From contig ADNK01003464.1 of assembly GCA_000320545.1 (NCBI GenBank), positions 1 to 64,000 on the forward strand: a stretch of DNA of 64,000 nucleotides, given 5' to 3'. Below the pieces are notes generated by a model, which saw only the letters and a list, made by a program, of their open reading frames with translations, was not told the DNA's origin and did no database searches. This document shows, piece after piece, positions 25,936 through 42,173 of the stretch. Each line of letters opens with the position of its first letter. Position 1 is the first letter of the stretch. The DNA comes from Bigelowiella natans CCMP2755. Lineage: Eukaryota; Protista; Cercozoa. The translations under genes and the position numbers were made by a program.

Positions 25936-28350
25936 TTCACAACATCATCATCAACCACCACTACTCATTATTATATGTAATCATTGCTTATTGTAACCCT
26001 CCCCCTCTTCACCGTAGTACGATTTCGATTATATACCGCAAAAATTTGATAGTAGTAGTTATTCAATAATAAATGTTATGTGATACTAATATATGTAGTA
26101 TGAAGATAGAGAAATACCACGTTTTGTAACAATAACCCTAATAATATTTACTTCTATCGGACTTGATCATATTATCATCGTGATTATATTCAATAATTTA
26201 TCACCATGCATTCATTCGTTGATTCACTGCTATTACTACTACTAACTACTACTGCCACTACTACGTACCTGCTTTCTCCATTCCGAATTATTAACAAGCT
26301 GTTTAGCTGCCTTTTCCTCTGCCATGGCTATCATTTCGAGTAATTTATCACACTTCCATCTGAGCAGCAGCAACACATCATAGGCCAATAATATTTAGAG
26401 ATTGATTGAATTGGTAATTGACGGAAGCAAATGATGTATCCAATAATATTTAGAGATTGATTGAATTGGTAATTGACGGAAGCAAATGATGTATCCAATA
26501 ATATTAAGAGATTGATTGAATTGGTAATTGATGGAAGCAAATAATGTATCGTCATGTGCAACAGCAGCATCGATCTTAAGTACAACCATTTAGTATGTAT
26601 TCATATCATCATCATCATCATCATCATCTTCATCATCATCATTATCGTTTAGCAGAGGCCTCCTTCTCGAGTGTGAGTAAGTAAAAGTATTATTATTATT
26701 ATTATTGTAATAATTAATACTGTCGATAATAATTGTATATTATATATTCATCATCACTCTTTCTTCACACCACCGCCACCACCAGAACCTTAAGTTTCTG
26801 CACGCAGTATGCATTTTCGTGATGTGTAATTCAGGCCCTTTTCTTAAGAAATATCCTGTCCATAAAATGCACAGCCTTGGATCTGGCTCTAGTAGAAACT
26901 GCTCGAACGATGATGATGATGATGATAACGAAACAGTGGCAGTGGTAGTGGTAGTAGTAGAAGGAAGATGAGTATGGCACTGATGAGGCAGCTGATGCTG
27001 GTGCTGGTGCCTTCGTTTGCTATCATCGTTTGTAGAAGAAGAACCTACTACTGTCAACATCATAATATAATGATGATTTAGTTTGTCTCAGATATCGATG
27101 GATCAATGAATATGATTGATTTTTATATCATCATTACTACTATGAGAAAGAACACCCACTTTACTGAGAGAGAAAGAAAGAAAGAAAGAAAGAAAGAAGG
27201 AAAATCAGGTTCGATGATTTGATGGCAATTCATCATTCGCCGTAACAGTAATTGCAGGGCACAAACTATTGATATGATACAATATCATATGACATGACAT
27301 GATAGAAGAAGAAGATCATTTCTTCTTCTTCTTCTTCTTCTTCTTCTTCTTCTTCTTTCCAACACCACCATGATCAGCCAATGCTACATACATTCATCAT
27401 GAATGTACACATCATAATCATCATAATCATCCATCAACGAGTGAAAATTGGTAAAAGATGATGATGATGACGAGATAATACCTAGTTTTTGCTTTTGGTA
27501 TGAAGAGTATTCATAGAAAGGATTGGCATATAGACTTGAAGTGTGCTCATCACAAAGTTTGGTCCAAACACTCTCTGTCTTCACCTGTATGTAAAGTAAT
27601 GGAAGAAGAAGAAGAAGAAGGAGAAGAAGAAGCACAGTGAGTAGCATGAGTAATGTGAGCGTGGGTGTGGGCGTGGGATCAACGACGGCAACGTCCCTCA
27701 AGAAAATACTTTTCTGTACGATACAGAGTAGTCAAAGTAACCATCATCACCACCACCACCACAAGCAGCAGCAGCAGCAGCAGCAGCATAGGATGGACAA
27801 AAGAACAACCTTTAGAGAGGCTTCTTTCCTTTCTTTCTCAGAATTAAATAGAAAGGTTCCGTACAAACACGAATATGAGTGGTGTGCAACCTGTAAAGAT
27901 GATGATGGTACATATTAGGAAAAACACGGCGAAGAAAGAAGAAGAAAAATAATACTGCCATTATTATTAACATGGATTGAGAGGTAGTAAAAGAGAGGCT
28001 GAACAAAGAAAAAAAGTAAAATACAAATAACATTTTCCAAATGACAACGTTGGGCGATGATTGTATTGATGGTGGATGGTGTGAAAATTAGGATTATTCC
28101 TTAATAATTCTTTGATGGTGGTGATGATGATAATGATGAAGCAGGGTTGCAAATGGACTACGACACCACCACCACCACTACTACTATTACTACTACTACT
28201 ACTACTAGTACACTACTACGGTGCCACTACCGCAAGTAGAAACTCCTCATTATACTCAAATTCATTGGGAAATTGCCTGACTAGCTGCCAAACGCAGTCT
28301 AAAAACTGAATGAAGATAGGAGCCCTGTCGATCACCAGTAAATAAATCAG

Positions 28351-28388
<38 letters not shown>

Positions 28389-28586
28389 GAACAATTAATA
28401 ATCATGATAAAAGATGGGATGGTGAGCGATACTACATGGAAAAAAGGCTCGGATTATAGGTATCACTTACTTTTCTGGTGATGGTGCTGCTAATGATGAT
28501 GATGATAATGATGATAATACCTTTGCTCATCTTGGTGCTTCCCACTTCCATGTCCGTGCCGCATCTATGAATTATGCGTGTAGATC

Positions 28587-28618
<32 letters not shown>

Positions 28619-29748
28619 CGAAAGCACAACCAAAAAACGCGATCGAAGAAAACTAAACGTGATGATGATTATGATGATGATGATGATGATGATTATCATT
28701 CTAACTATGATTATTATATATACTACCGCAAATTTATGTCCGAAACTGAGCCATTCCTTCTCTACTATCACAGCAAATCCTTTCCTTGTTCTGATTGATC
28801 ATGTGGAGAAGTAAAACGTAGAAGTAATGATAATAAGATGAGTTGTAATCATCATCATTGTCATTAATCATGATATGTTATCACCTTAAGCCTACAAATT
28901 AAGCTACTAGTGCTATATGATTACTACGATCTAGTAGGTAGTAGTAGTAGTAGTAGTACCTATAGTGAGGATCTATGATGATTTCTACTAATTCTATGAT
29001 TGCTACGAACTAGTAGGTAGTATTTGTAGTAATAGTACCTATAGTGAGGATCTATGATGATTTCTACTAGAGAAGTTAATTGGGCAGTGCGGTCCCATCC
29101 ATCAGAACAATGAACTATTACTAATGATGATGATAAGAGATGTAATAATATTGTAGTTAGTAACATAGGAGGAGGAGGAGGAGGAGGAGGAGGAGGAGGA
29201 GGAAGAGAGAGTTGTTTTTATTATTACGATAATGATAACGATAATGATGACGATGATGAGAATTTCAATAATAAACTTCACAGGATGTGCAATATAGAGA
29301 AAGTACAGTAGTTGTATTTATCATTATTATTTTCTATACCAATTGATAACGATTCGCTTTTTTGTCCCATAGTAGTGGTAGTAGTGTAGTAGTAGTAGTA
29401 GTTGTTGTTATGATGTTTAGTTGTTAATAATAACCAGAGGCGCCTTTGACAGACATGATATTGGCTATTTTTGCAGCCGACTCAATTATGAGTTGTATGT
29501 AATAAATCCATCGAGAATCCATAACCTAATAATACATAGATGATGATGATGATGATAATATGGGAGGAGTAGTAGTAGTAGGTCGTATGATAGTAAGTAT
29601 TAAGTATGAAAGTATTAAATTCTGGTAGTTTTGAAGTACCATCATGTTATTAACATAGTCGGTCAACAATGAACAACAAAGATGTCAGCAGCACTAATGA
29701 ACTGGTAGTGGTTTCACCCATCATTTGTTTACGTTGTAACCATATCAC

Positions 29749-29781
<33 letters not shown>

Positions 29782-30180
29782 TATCCTCGAAAAATGATGA
29801 TACTACTACAGATGTGCATGCAGCTTTGAACATCCACTCATATTTTTGGTATTGTACGTACTTTGGAGAAATTTTTGCTTAGTTTGCGGAATCTGGCTAC
29901 TACTACTACTACTACTACTACTACAACTTTGTTTGTTATTCGTCATACTACTGCTGCGATTACTACTTACTACAAGAACAAAACCAAGAACAACAACTAT
30001 TACTAAAAGCTATACTAACCTTTTCGTGAAAATTTCTTATATCTAGGGCGGTAACAGCTTCAAAGACACGATTGTATGATTGACGAATCTTGTGAATGTT
30101 GTCGATATTCAAGAACTCGATCTCAGCGCCCTGATTGGTGTAGTAGTAGTAGTAGTAGTAGTAGTGTTATCATACATAAT

Positions 30181-30215
<35 letters not shown>

Positions 30216-32485
30216 AACATATGTAAGAATAAGTAGTACGTACGAGTAGTAGTAGTACTAGTATTTGTCAAACTATATTACAAAAGAGAAAGGGGAGGAA
30301 AGAAAGAATGCATGCATGCTGTTGCTGCTACTGTTCAACTACTCGCTAAAGAGAATGCAGGCTCACCGCCATATCTACTTATGCTACTTCTACTATGTTT
30401 TTGAAGCTAGATAGCACATAAAAAAATAAAAACAATATCATTTGTAGGATACGATTGTAGTGAGGATGATTGCGGTGATGATGATGATGATGATTCTTAT
30501 TATTATTACTTTATAGCGTGATACGTCCTCAAACCCCTTGCCCATGACCTGGTTGTCGTAGTCGGTGATTAACAATTAGGGTGGGTTTGTTGATTGTCAT
30601 CATCACACACAGCACACACCATTTGAGATAGGTAGGTAGGTAGGTAGATACGTAAGGTAGGCGTTGTCATAATAAGAAAAGCAGTATACAAATAGTATCA
30701 GTAATGATTAGCACTAAACCTTGTTTCCTACTGCAGCTTTGTAAGGCCGTGCATCCATTAGATATATAGCCTGATTATGTACTAGTTAGTGGTGGTGGTG
30801 TAGTAATAGTAGCATGATAACAACTACTTCCAGAAAACATATACCCAACAAATTTAAATATCGATTAAATCGAGAATCATGCCATCATCATCTAACGTCA
30901 ACTGCTGCTGCCGGAAAGCAAGAGTCCACCACCACCACCACCACCATCTCCTCCTCCTTCTCCTCCTCACCCTCCACCTCTAACCCCCCTTTCTCCTGAC
31001 ACTGTTTCTTTTTGGTTGTTTTCCTTGAAATATAAGAGAAGAGAGCATCTTGCCCCCCCGACTAGTAGCATATTGTAAGTGGCTGCTGCTTTGTGGTGTA
31101 TGTATTATCATCTACATAGCCTAAAGGATGATGCTGCATAATTATATCATTTTCTTCCTTCCTTCTTCCATATGTATCTTCTACTTGGTTTTTCAGCGTA
31201 GTAGTAGCAGTAGTAGTAGTAGTAGTAGTAGTTGTTGTTGTTGTGGTTGTAGTTTCTTTATGATGTAGCAGAATACGTACATCTGAATTAGTAGGATTTG
31301 CTGTCCTTATAGCCTCCACGAGCCTAATAATGCAAACAACAAACAACCAACAACCAACAACAGTGGTGTTGATTTATCAAAAGAAAGAAGAGATTAATAA
31401 AGGAACATTACATAGGAATAAAAATTATATACACACACAAAGAACCATGCACTTCGCTCACAAAAAGAGCAGAGACTCAAGTGAAATTAAGGAGGGAGGG
31501 AGAGGGAGGGAGGGAGAGAGAGAGAAAGAGAGAGTTTGTCCACTATTTGTTCTAACGAACTGTTACTGTCATCATCATCATTATCAATCAATCATCATCA
31601 TCATCATGCTGCACCACCACAAGGTGCTAGTACACAACCCAGCAGCGTGCACCGGCAGCAGCATTACCTTTCATCCTCCTTAAGTCTTTTGTTTATAAGC
31701 CCTCCCATTGGTTGGGCACAGCGTGATAGTGTAGCCTACACGTAGTTGTAGTAGTAGAAGGAAGTAGTAGTAGTAAGAAGAAGAAGTAATAAGTGGTAGT
31801 ACATAGTGATATATACAACAAGTGATAAACTCATACCCCTGTTAAAGGATGTTTGTAAACTGTTGCTGGAATGCGACCCTTCGATCGATGCTTGACCTAT
31901 ATAACCATCATCATCATCATCCCCAATGATCTTAATGTTGATTTTATCATCATCATTATAATCACAATCATCATATATTGTTGATTTTCGGTGGTATGTG
32001 TACCAATAGATAAAATAATGATAATTCCCAATGTTATATTGTTTCATTAGCAACCAATATGATTAGATGATAATAATTGTAAGTAGCATCATATTATTAG
32101 TATGTTATTACTGTTCCCCTCTCTCTCTCTCTCTCTCTCTCTTTAGCAATTAACACAGGTTCAGTCAGTTGTCACCATGCTCATCCTTCTTTTTAATGGA
32201 TTTATATCTATCTTCTCCTCCTCCTCCTCCTCTTTCCTACTACTAGTACTACTACCAATTTGACAAGATCTGAGTCACTTAAAGAGGCTGGTACACAAAA
32301 GAACGATGGGTAAGTTGGGGACAGCTGGAATTGCCCTTCATGATTACAATTTGCCGTTGTTAATCGAAACTTGGATTTTCGAGAAGCGAGTCCTAGCCTG
32401 ATTGATGATGATGATGAAAATGATGATGATGATGATGAAAATGATGATGAAAATGATGCATTTGGCATGTGGTAGAAGGGAGGAG

Positions 32486-32530
<45 letters not shown>

Positions 32531-32919
32531 AGCTTCTACTTCTTCTTCTTCTTCGTGTTCTTCTTGTTATGGTTATTGTTGTCGTCGTCGTTGTTGTTGT
32601 TGTTGTTGTTGCGTAGTTGTGTTAGTTGTTACCCTAAATAAGTACTACTAGTACAACAACAACTACTACTACTATTCCTAATACTACTAATTACAATACC
32701 TCTTGTATTCGCCAATTGCATCGAAGAAATTCCAACCTTGATTGTCAATATTGCCATCACGTTCTTTATGCTTTCCGTACGCAAACCTGACAAGAAATAA
32801 CACTCATCACATCATAGAGGAAACCCATATATTCGTTTGGAAATTGAAGTGAAGATATAAAATAACTAGTAATTATTACTATTGCGGTGGATGGGTGATG
32901 ATAAGGACGATATCGACGA

Positions 32920-32965
<46 letters not shown>

Positions 32966-33480
32966 GAAGCATACCTATTATTATCGTTTCTATTACTACT
33001 ACATTAAAGATTATCATTATTCTATATATAAATATATTACGCAAACATCTCCCTTTGATCCTCTGGAAAAGCCAACTTCTGTATTTTGGCCTATAATTTT
33101 ATTTAGTAGAAATGTGATTATACTAATCGTCGTTATGTCAAACCTTGATATCTATCAATACAAACATACACTACAAATGAGGTAACCACAATCATCGTCA
33201 TTATCATCATCATCATTATCATCATCATCATCATCATCAAACATATCTTCTCACTAACACACACATCATCATATATCTAGTCAATCATCAAAACTACTAC
33301 ATCAATTGCTGCCTCCCCATTGACTACAATCTTGAGAGTCTCAAAGTTTTTGGCAGTAATCACTATTTCCATCTGACTTCCACCAACCTGTGAGAATTAT
33401 GTTCATATCAATTGGAAATGCAGCAAATTACAACACTTTAATTTAGGATTACTATTCCGACGATTATATGATAAAAAGAA

Positions 33481-33522
<42 letters not shown>

Positions 33523-33716
33523 ATTTCCTTCTATATCCTCAGATTATAACCTCATTCCTACCAACCCTTTAAGAAGAAGGTAGCAATATGAAGGTCTCAC
33601 CAAACAAAACGGGTAGTAGTAGTAGCTGTCAATATCCATAGTAGTAACTAGCCCACCCCGTATAATACCACAACTAGTTAATAAAATCAGGAGTAGTAGT
33701 ATTACGACGAGGACGG

Positions 33717-33757
<41 letters not shown>

Positions 33758-33882
33758 TATATATCTTATCTATAGTGAGTAATAGTAGTAGTACCCCAAA
33801 GGTAGCTGGTAAGATGAATGTAGACGCTTTAGTTTCCAACTTGAAGATATGCCCCATTGGGATCTCAGATATTTGCCCAGTG

Positions 33883-33934
<52 letters not shown>

Positions 33935-34005
33935 TGTTTACATGTTAGTATGATTACAATAGAGCGAGGATGAAATTTCTTAATATTGTATGGGTAAGTA
34001 GTAGT

Positions 34006-34040
<35 letters not shown>

Positions 34041-34458
34041 GTAAGTCAAACATATAAACACTGCTATACCTGTTTTCCATAAAAATGACTCGATAGTTGG
34101 TGATTTCTAATACACCAGCACGTACCTTTGATGATATATATGTAGTAGTAGTAGTAGTAGTAGTAGTGTAAAGATTGTTTTAGTAAGTAGTTAAAAGTAT
34201 GAATGATGATGATGCTAATTATACAGAAACTCCTCGCTCTGTCTCTCTCTCTTCTCTGTCTCTGTCTCTGTCTTTCTCTTCTCTCTATATGATTATCTAC
34301 TACATACTAGTAGCAAGTACCTTGGACTTTTTCCGCAGCCCCCCATACACACCAGATGATGTTGCTGACTCACTTATCAAACGCCTTTTTATATGATCAT
34401 GATGATCATGTTGTAGTAGTAGTAGTAGTAGTAGTAGTACAAACATGGCAAACAGTGA

Positions 34459-34490
<32 letters not shown>

Positions 34491-34716
34491 ATGATGACAA
34501 GATAAATGCGGATTTAACATCAATCAGAAGGAAGATATTGATACTACTTCAGGAGCAACCATCAATCAGAAGGAAGATATTGATACAATTTAAGGAGCAA
34601 TACACATCATTAGGTAGCATACATATATGACTATTGGAAAACCATCAGCCATGAAAAGTAGTAATGCTAGTCTCTTATTTTTAGTGTTCTCACTATCATT
34701 ATCATCATCATCATCA

Positions 34717-34749
<33 letters not shown>

Positions 34750-35393
34750 AGAAATAATAACTAATACTAATACACATACATAGCGGAACAAGGTGGTTGC
34801 ATGGTACGTTCTCCTTCAAGTCTAGGGAAATCAAGCTAAAAAACAAAATAAGCAATAATTAAGTAACCACCACCACCACCACCACCACCACAACAACAAC
34901 AATAAGAAACACCAAATAACAGACAACAAACAACGACAAAGACAATGTTAGATTCTCTCTCTGAGTTGAATGGAGAATATTTTATAATTCAACATGTAAT
35001 AATAATCCAAAACCCATCATCATCTTTGTAGTACGTGCTACGAATTGTAAAAAAACTACTACTACTACTACTACTACTTTGCAAGATAAAACATGAGAAC
35101 ATTGTTATCACTATACACTGATCAGTAGATATATCGATCATCACCATTGTAGTAGTAACAGTAGTCGTTTGATCTTTAAGCGGTGACAAGGCGCAAATGC
35201 AGCAGGTGATAGCATATATTATTCTTCTTCTTTCTCTCTCCTTCATTTCGTACTCTCTTTCCTATATCTAAGAGGGTAGGCATTCTTTTCCTTTCTGTTT
35301 CTTCTTACCTTATTTGTCATCAACTGATTGTCTAACATGAGAGCATTCATCATATTGAACAGTGATCCCCTTCTTTCAGCCTCACTTTTAATG

Positions 35394-35426
<33 letters not shown>

Positions 35427-35762
35427 GAAGATAATACGGTTTAATCAGATAGGATGAGGACGCAGCAGCAATAATATACTCCAGTAATACATAATAATAG
35501 TGGTGATGACCGTGATTGCATATACACACGCATACACACACTCACACAATTTGATTGGCAATGCAGCAATATCTCGACTAATAATACAGATTACTAACAC
35601 ATCATATTGTGTACTACCGGTACTACTTACTACAAACACACTACTACCTGACAGTAACCGTGAGAGTATACCCCAAAGGGCCAATGTTTTGTAACGTTTG
35701 ACGCGCATATTCTGATGATTGTTCATGGTGGTAATTAGAAAGGAAGAAGAATAGAACAAAAT

Positions 35763-35793
<31 letters not shown>

Positions 35794-36936
35794 AGAAAGG
35801 AAAAAACAGGTAAATAATGTAAAAATGTATCTTCAAGTACTAGTTTCCATCACAGTCATCATCATCATCATCATTTTACCATCATCATCATCATCATCAT
35901 CATCATTGTCTTCTTCTTCTTCGTCTTTTGCAAGTTTTATGCACAAACAACACCATGCAATATATATCTAGTAGCAGCACCTGCATTCATTAGCGGTATC
36001 TGATTAATAGCCAACAGCCCCATACCCCTGTTTAGACGCCCAAAAAGAGCTGACCGACTGTCGACATTTCCAACGATAACCTGTATGTTTCTATGTATTA
36101 TGATGATGATTGATGGACATAAGCGGTAAATAGTCCTACAACAATAACAACAACTGTAATACTCGTAATTGTTTATTAATATGTTTGAGTAGGGATAGTG
36201 ATCAGCATGGTATGTACTATCATCCTCTGTTACATGTTATTGCAAGAAAGAGAGAGTGGAGAGGACGGATAGACATAAAACTAGTGATTCACCGGAGGAC
36301 TTGCTCCTTTTGTGTTGTCAGAGACTTGAAACAGAGGCTATATATTACCACAGCAGCACCACCAGTTAGTTGATAAGGAGAATAAGTCATTTATATATAC
36401 AGTACCTTTGGCTCCTCGTTTGGTTTGACAATAATATCCTAATTCAAGTAAGGATGAATCATCAAATTATAACCATGATGACGATGACGACGGTGATGAT
36501 GATAATACACGAAAAAGTGAGCTGTTAGGTAGGTAATAATAGGTAGTCAGCAACGGGCCATCATTGCCATCAACGTTATCGTAATTATGAACAATAGAAC
36601 TAACGATCATTGATTAAGAAGTAACACCATTTCCGCACACATTTTGGCATGTGCATCTAAAAGTTTCAATATCTTGTTTGTTAGCAACACCCATCCATCC
36701 ATCATTATCATTATCATCATCATCATCAAAACAGCAACGTCGTAGGTTTGTTAGCAACACCCATCCATCCATCATCATCATCATCATTATCATCATCATC
36801 ATCATCAAAACAGCAACGTCGTAGGAATATTAGAAATAACAGTACAAATGTAAAGGAAACAGAAAAAACAATTTTTCGAGAATAACATTTATAATAGTTA
36901 TGATTATCATGTTTTAATCATAGAAGCAGCAACATG

Positions 36937-36976
<40 letters not shown>

Positions 36977-37705
36977 AGTAAATGTGTAAAATGTTTCACA
37001 ATATTATTATGTCGTCATTTGAAGTAGTAACAGCACCAAAACCAAAGGAGGAAGATATGATTTCCAATCATGTAATAAATAAGAATAATCCAGAGTAGTA
37101 AAGAGAAGAAAAGAAACGCTTTATTATCAATGTTATTTCATCAATTGGCGCTTGACTTAAATAGAAGTAGCAGTGGTAGTAGTGGTGGTGGTAGTAGTAG
37201 CAGTATAAGAAACAAGTACCTTAATCTCTTGAATGTCCGTCGTTTTATTCTTCTTCTTTTTCTTCTTCTTCTTTGATGATGATGATGATGATGATAGTGA
37301 CAACGATGAAGATAAAGACTGTCTCTGTTTAATTATTAATACATGTCGCATTTAACAATAGTCCTTCAATTCGATCATAATCACCGACATTAATAGAGTG
37401 TACAAAATCACAACAACATCTAGCAACGTCACGACTATCTTTGAAGAAAGTGAGGGTGGTGGATTATCTAAGAATAAATTGAGGTGAAAGAAGAAGAAGA
37501 ACAAGAAATGGAAGTAACTCGTAATATTTGCTGTTATGGATATATAATATCATGAAGTATTATTACTACCATTGCTGCTGCTGTTGCTGATTTCATTTTC
37601 ATATACATCTTGATTTCTTCAATGCCACCTTCACCGTCGTTACTACTTGTTAATGATGATCTTGAATCACCACCATCACTTACTATTCCAGATGAAGATA
37701 ATGCT

Positions 37706-37736
<31 letters not shown>

Positions 37737-38703
37737 TTGCGCCCCCATTTACTACTCCTATGTTGGACCTCTTTTTGTAAGTTTTTGCGGGTGGCATTGG
37801 TAATGACGATGTTGCTAATGTTGTTGTTGATGATGATGATAATGATGATGATGAAGCAGCAGCAGTAAAAGCAGTGGGTCCTGATACTGCTGCTGTAAGG
37901 TCTCCATCTCCAAGCTTCCTCGGTGCTATCAAACATATTAACCAAAAAGTAAGGAAATGACGGCTAAAGGATGATGTATAAACCATGATGATAGTTTGTT
38001 TCCACCACTCCATTTCACTCCTCCTCCTCCTATCATCATCATCTTCTTCTTCTTCTTCTTCTATGGCCCTTTTCATACACATCCTTCATAGATAACAATA
38101 ATAACAACAATAACAACTACTGGCTGCAGTAATTGATAGATTAATCAAAATTGATATTAATCACGTATTACAAGATGCTCCTGCTGCCATATATTCCTCT
38201 ACGGTTGACTTGACCCCCTTAAGATAATATCTCAAGAAATCCTCGAAGGTGATAATACCTGATGATAGATAGATTGATCAACAACATTAGCAACATAAAC
38301 CAACTGAGGAGAGGAGAGTGGGCTACGAGACAGCATCATATATCATATATAATATCATATCATATATCAGGTAATCATCATTATATTTAGGAATTACAAT
38401 CATCTTCCCTTCTTATATTATTTTTCTGAACACATTAATATCAAAAGTAATAATCTCCCAAAATGTCAATAAACAGCGCCTAATCATGTTGCTTCTATGG
38501 CATTATTCCTACTGCTATCATATTAGATATATCGATTATGTTCTTGTTAATAGTGGTGATGATGATGTTGTTGTTGTTGATGATGATAACAAAGTACTAC
38601 TTGTCTTGTTTTTGGACGATGCTACTGCTACTGCTGCTGTGGGGTCATCAACATGCATTGACAAGCCCATTTTTCTCATCGTCGTTGCCAACTGTTTGAA
38701 TAC

Positions 38704-38745
<42 letters not shown>

Positions 38746-38900
38746 GTATTCATATGATGATGATGATGATGATGATTACATAATTGCTGCTGCTCATAAC
38801 AATAAATTAGGATGATAATAAGAAACAAAAAGAAGAAGATGAAGAGACTATAACACTATTCGTGTCTTCTTTCACTAAAGGAACATGATGAGTCCACTAC

Positions 38901-38937
<37 letters not shown>

Positions 38938-39239
38938 AATTTGTGTGCCTTGATGGGGGAAAGATGGTAATCAATGCAACGACAAACAAAAGGAAGAGGA
39001 AGGTATAATGTTTTGGATATGAATGGCGTTGTTGTTGTTGTTGTTATTGTTGTTGTTGTTGTTGTTGTTGTTATTGTTGTTGCAAGCATGTGGATCCCAC
39101 ACCACCATCACCAAACACCATCGATCAACCAATCAATGACGAATGACAATGTTATTTGTAGTAGTCACATTTCCAAGATAATAAACAAAATTCAGAAAGA
39201 ATATTTGAGTAAAAACTAATGCATGTTACTTATCGCTAG

Positions 39240-39270
<31 letters not shown>

Positions 39271-40169
39271 TATCGTCACATCAATTTAGGATGACACAAG
39301 CATTCTGAGTAGTCGTCTTTACCATCTCGCTACTAGCAGTGATACTACTACTACTACATCTGAGACATGGAACTTAGGCATTATATCGAAACTACTCCTC
39401 TTTACTTATCATTCGTCCATATTATATGATGATAATTATTATCATCAACGTTGTACAAATAGTATCACCTCAAAAGAATCTAAGACCCCATTTCCATCTG
39501 CATCATGCTCTGTAAATATGCGGAATGCTCTTCCCTATGATGATGTTTACAAGCAAGTAAGAATGAGCTTTATGACTCCGCTTATAGTAATAATAGTTGT
39601 ATTATCACCTTAGAGATTTGCACTGCTTCTAGAAGTTCCATAAAATTTGAACATTGTCTGGATGATGATCATATGATGATGGTGATGATGATGATGGTGA
39701 TGATGATGATGATGATACGATGTGGTGATTGATAATATGCTAGTTATGATGATGGATGATTCTTCAATGACGCAGCAGCAGCAGCAGCAGCAGCAGCAAA
39801 TACGACGGCAAAGGATGATGGATAAAATAATAAACACAAATCAGTAGATGATGATGATGATTATGACGCCTCTCTCCTACAACTACTACAACTACTACTT
39901 CTACTACTAAAAACCATGGATTGTTCATCATACACTACCTTTCGTTCTCAAACCGAAAGAATTTTTGGAAACTACAAGATGGTGCCGATATGCGAACATC
40001 CGTCTGGTTGAAGCAGCAATAATGATTAGTGATAATGATGCACATACAATTGGACAACGTTGTCATATTTAGATCAAAGGAGGATCTCAACTCATACCGT
40101 CATCAAGACTTAGTATTGCTTTCGAAATTTGTGTTGTGTAGTTTGACTTAAATTATAATAACTGACTAT

Positions 40170-40207
<38 letters not shown>

Positions 40208-40235
40208 TTTGTGTCGGTGCGACCGGTTGATTAAA

Positions 40236-40284
<49 letters not shown>

Positions 40285-40413
40285 GTATATATAGGCATCA
40301 TAGCTTACGTCATTGGCTTTCCCGCAGTGAAGCAATGCGACGGCTATAACCTTATATAATATCGATCAAACAAATGAATGAGAAGAACCTCGTAACTGAT
40401 GATTGATTAATAG

Positions 40414-40448
<35 letters not shown>

Positions 40449-41172
40449 ACTACTATTTTACTATCTCCTCCTTACCAGTTATTATTGTCCACTCTTTCCC
40501 ATTTATTATACGCTCAAATTCTCTCTCCCACTACTTTACTATCTCCTCCTTCCCATTTATTATTATACGCTCAAATGATTCATGATGATGATGCAAAATC
40601 TAGTCAGCAACCCTATGTTTTTGTTCCGAGCGTTTGGCATCTTGCTTCAATACGATTAGACTCTGGTAGCATAGCGTATAACAACACGGAAGGAGGAGGG
40701 AGGGAGGAAGAATTATGAACAAAGAGAGAAGACGGACTAACGAGGCAGTACTGCTCTCATATAATAAATATTCATTTCTATTCGCAAAAAGGCAATGATG
40801 GCTCTACTATTGAGACTGTCGACATGGGATCCAATAAGCAGTGTGTAACACTACTATTGAGAATGTTGACATGGGATCCAATAAGCAGTGTGTAACACTA
40901 CTATTTTATCGTGGAAGCTAATGTTCAATGAAGATTCTAGTGGAAGAGTGATGAGGTGTTACTTGATCGGAGTAATCAAATTGAAGTGTATATATATGGC
41001 GATTGAATGTTTTTAAGGACTTGACCTAAGAAGATGGTATATAATTAAAGAAATAATCTCCCAAGTGGTAAAAGTGTGCGGCGCATGCAGATTCGATTAT
41101 TTATGTACGTCGTTGTCTTGTGAAACACTTCCTTACCCTCCATTCAGACAACGTATTCCAACTTTTGCTCAT
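22885..41172 (-). CDS. Myotubularin-family phosphoinositide 3-phosphatase (catalytic motif intact) with GRAM domain, probable N-terminal PH-like and EF-hand segments, and a long low-complexity Pro/Ser/Gln tail; many exons, ends approximate
   Basis: Catalytic [28 protein letters not shown] (about 29040-29122); [96 protein letters not shown]; GRAM-type [12 protein letters not shown] (about 34070-34125); EF-like [17 protein letters not shown] (about 39470-39533) and [12 protein letters not shown] (about 38220-38258). Confidence 0.9.
26389..26552. repeat. Three tandem copies of a 55-nt unit inside the myotubularin gene
   Basis: caataatatttagagattgattgaattggtaattgacggaagcaaatgatgtatc repeated three times with few changes. 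Confidence 0.9.
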
Positions 41173-41833
41173 TGCCTCTATTATTTCGTCCAATTCTCGT
41201 TCCTCTAGCACATGCCGTTTTGAACGTCGTCGTCAATGTTGTATCGCTCACAATTTCACAAGGCAGGAGACAGGGGGGATAGAGTTTCAGACTTAATCGA
41301 TATGCAACTATTCTTAGAATTACTACAAATTGCCCTAGATTTTCTCCCAAAATATTATTATTATTATTTCATTGTCGCTGGCTAAGAATTCTATCCTTTA
41401 TTTTAAAAAATGATGAACTCCCGGTGGTATCCTAGTTACTACCGGGTAGTAATAGTAACGCTACCCCGAAGATCCGAAACGTGGCTTCATTTTGCGGTTT
41501 TTGCTAACAACTCATGATGCTCCTGTCCAGCCCCATTAGAAGGAAATCTACACGAAGTAGAAGAAGAATCCACTGCTCGAAACGAACGAACAAGTTATGA
41601 GGCTTTTTCTCACCCCTGCCCACAGCCTCCTAGTTCCGTCGATATGAATAGATGGTGAGAATCGACTAATCAAGAGATCTCACCCTGTATGCATTGACTT
41701 CTGTTTATCAGTAGCTCTAGAGAATAATGATCTTATACACTTTAAGCATGTTCAACTACCCTCTTCAGTACCTTCTTAAGTTTCCTTTCCAATCTGATCG
41801 AATGGTGTGAATAGGTACCAGATCAGAACTTAA

Positions 41834-42134
41834 ATGGATTTCCCAGTGTCAACATCATCGTCGCCAGATGAACCTGATAAGCTTCTTGGGATCTTTGGTA
41901 GCAAAACCATTTCATCCCAAATGAATAAGAAGCAGCATTTAAGTAGAAGCAGGGTCGGAACTCTATCAAACGCAGGTTGAGATACTTCTAGATACTTCAT
42001 GATGATTTGCATCATCGTTGTCATGTACACATTGCAATACTCTAGTTAATACGCTAATGTGCTGCTACTGCTGAGATTCATTCGAATTGCATTAAATTTG
42101 TACGATAATTGAATGCATCGAACAATTTTCCTGT

Positions 42135-42173
<39 letters not shown>

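Noticed and set aside
25168-40718. Numerous poly-Y/I, poly-S, poly-H and poly-M ORFs in the ORF track
   Set aside because: Translations of intronic microsatellites.
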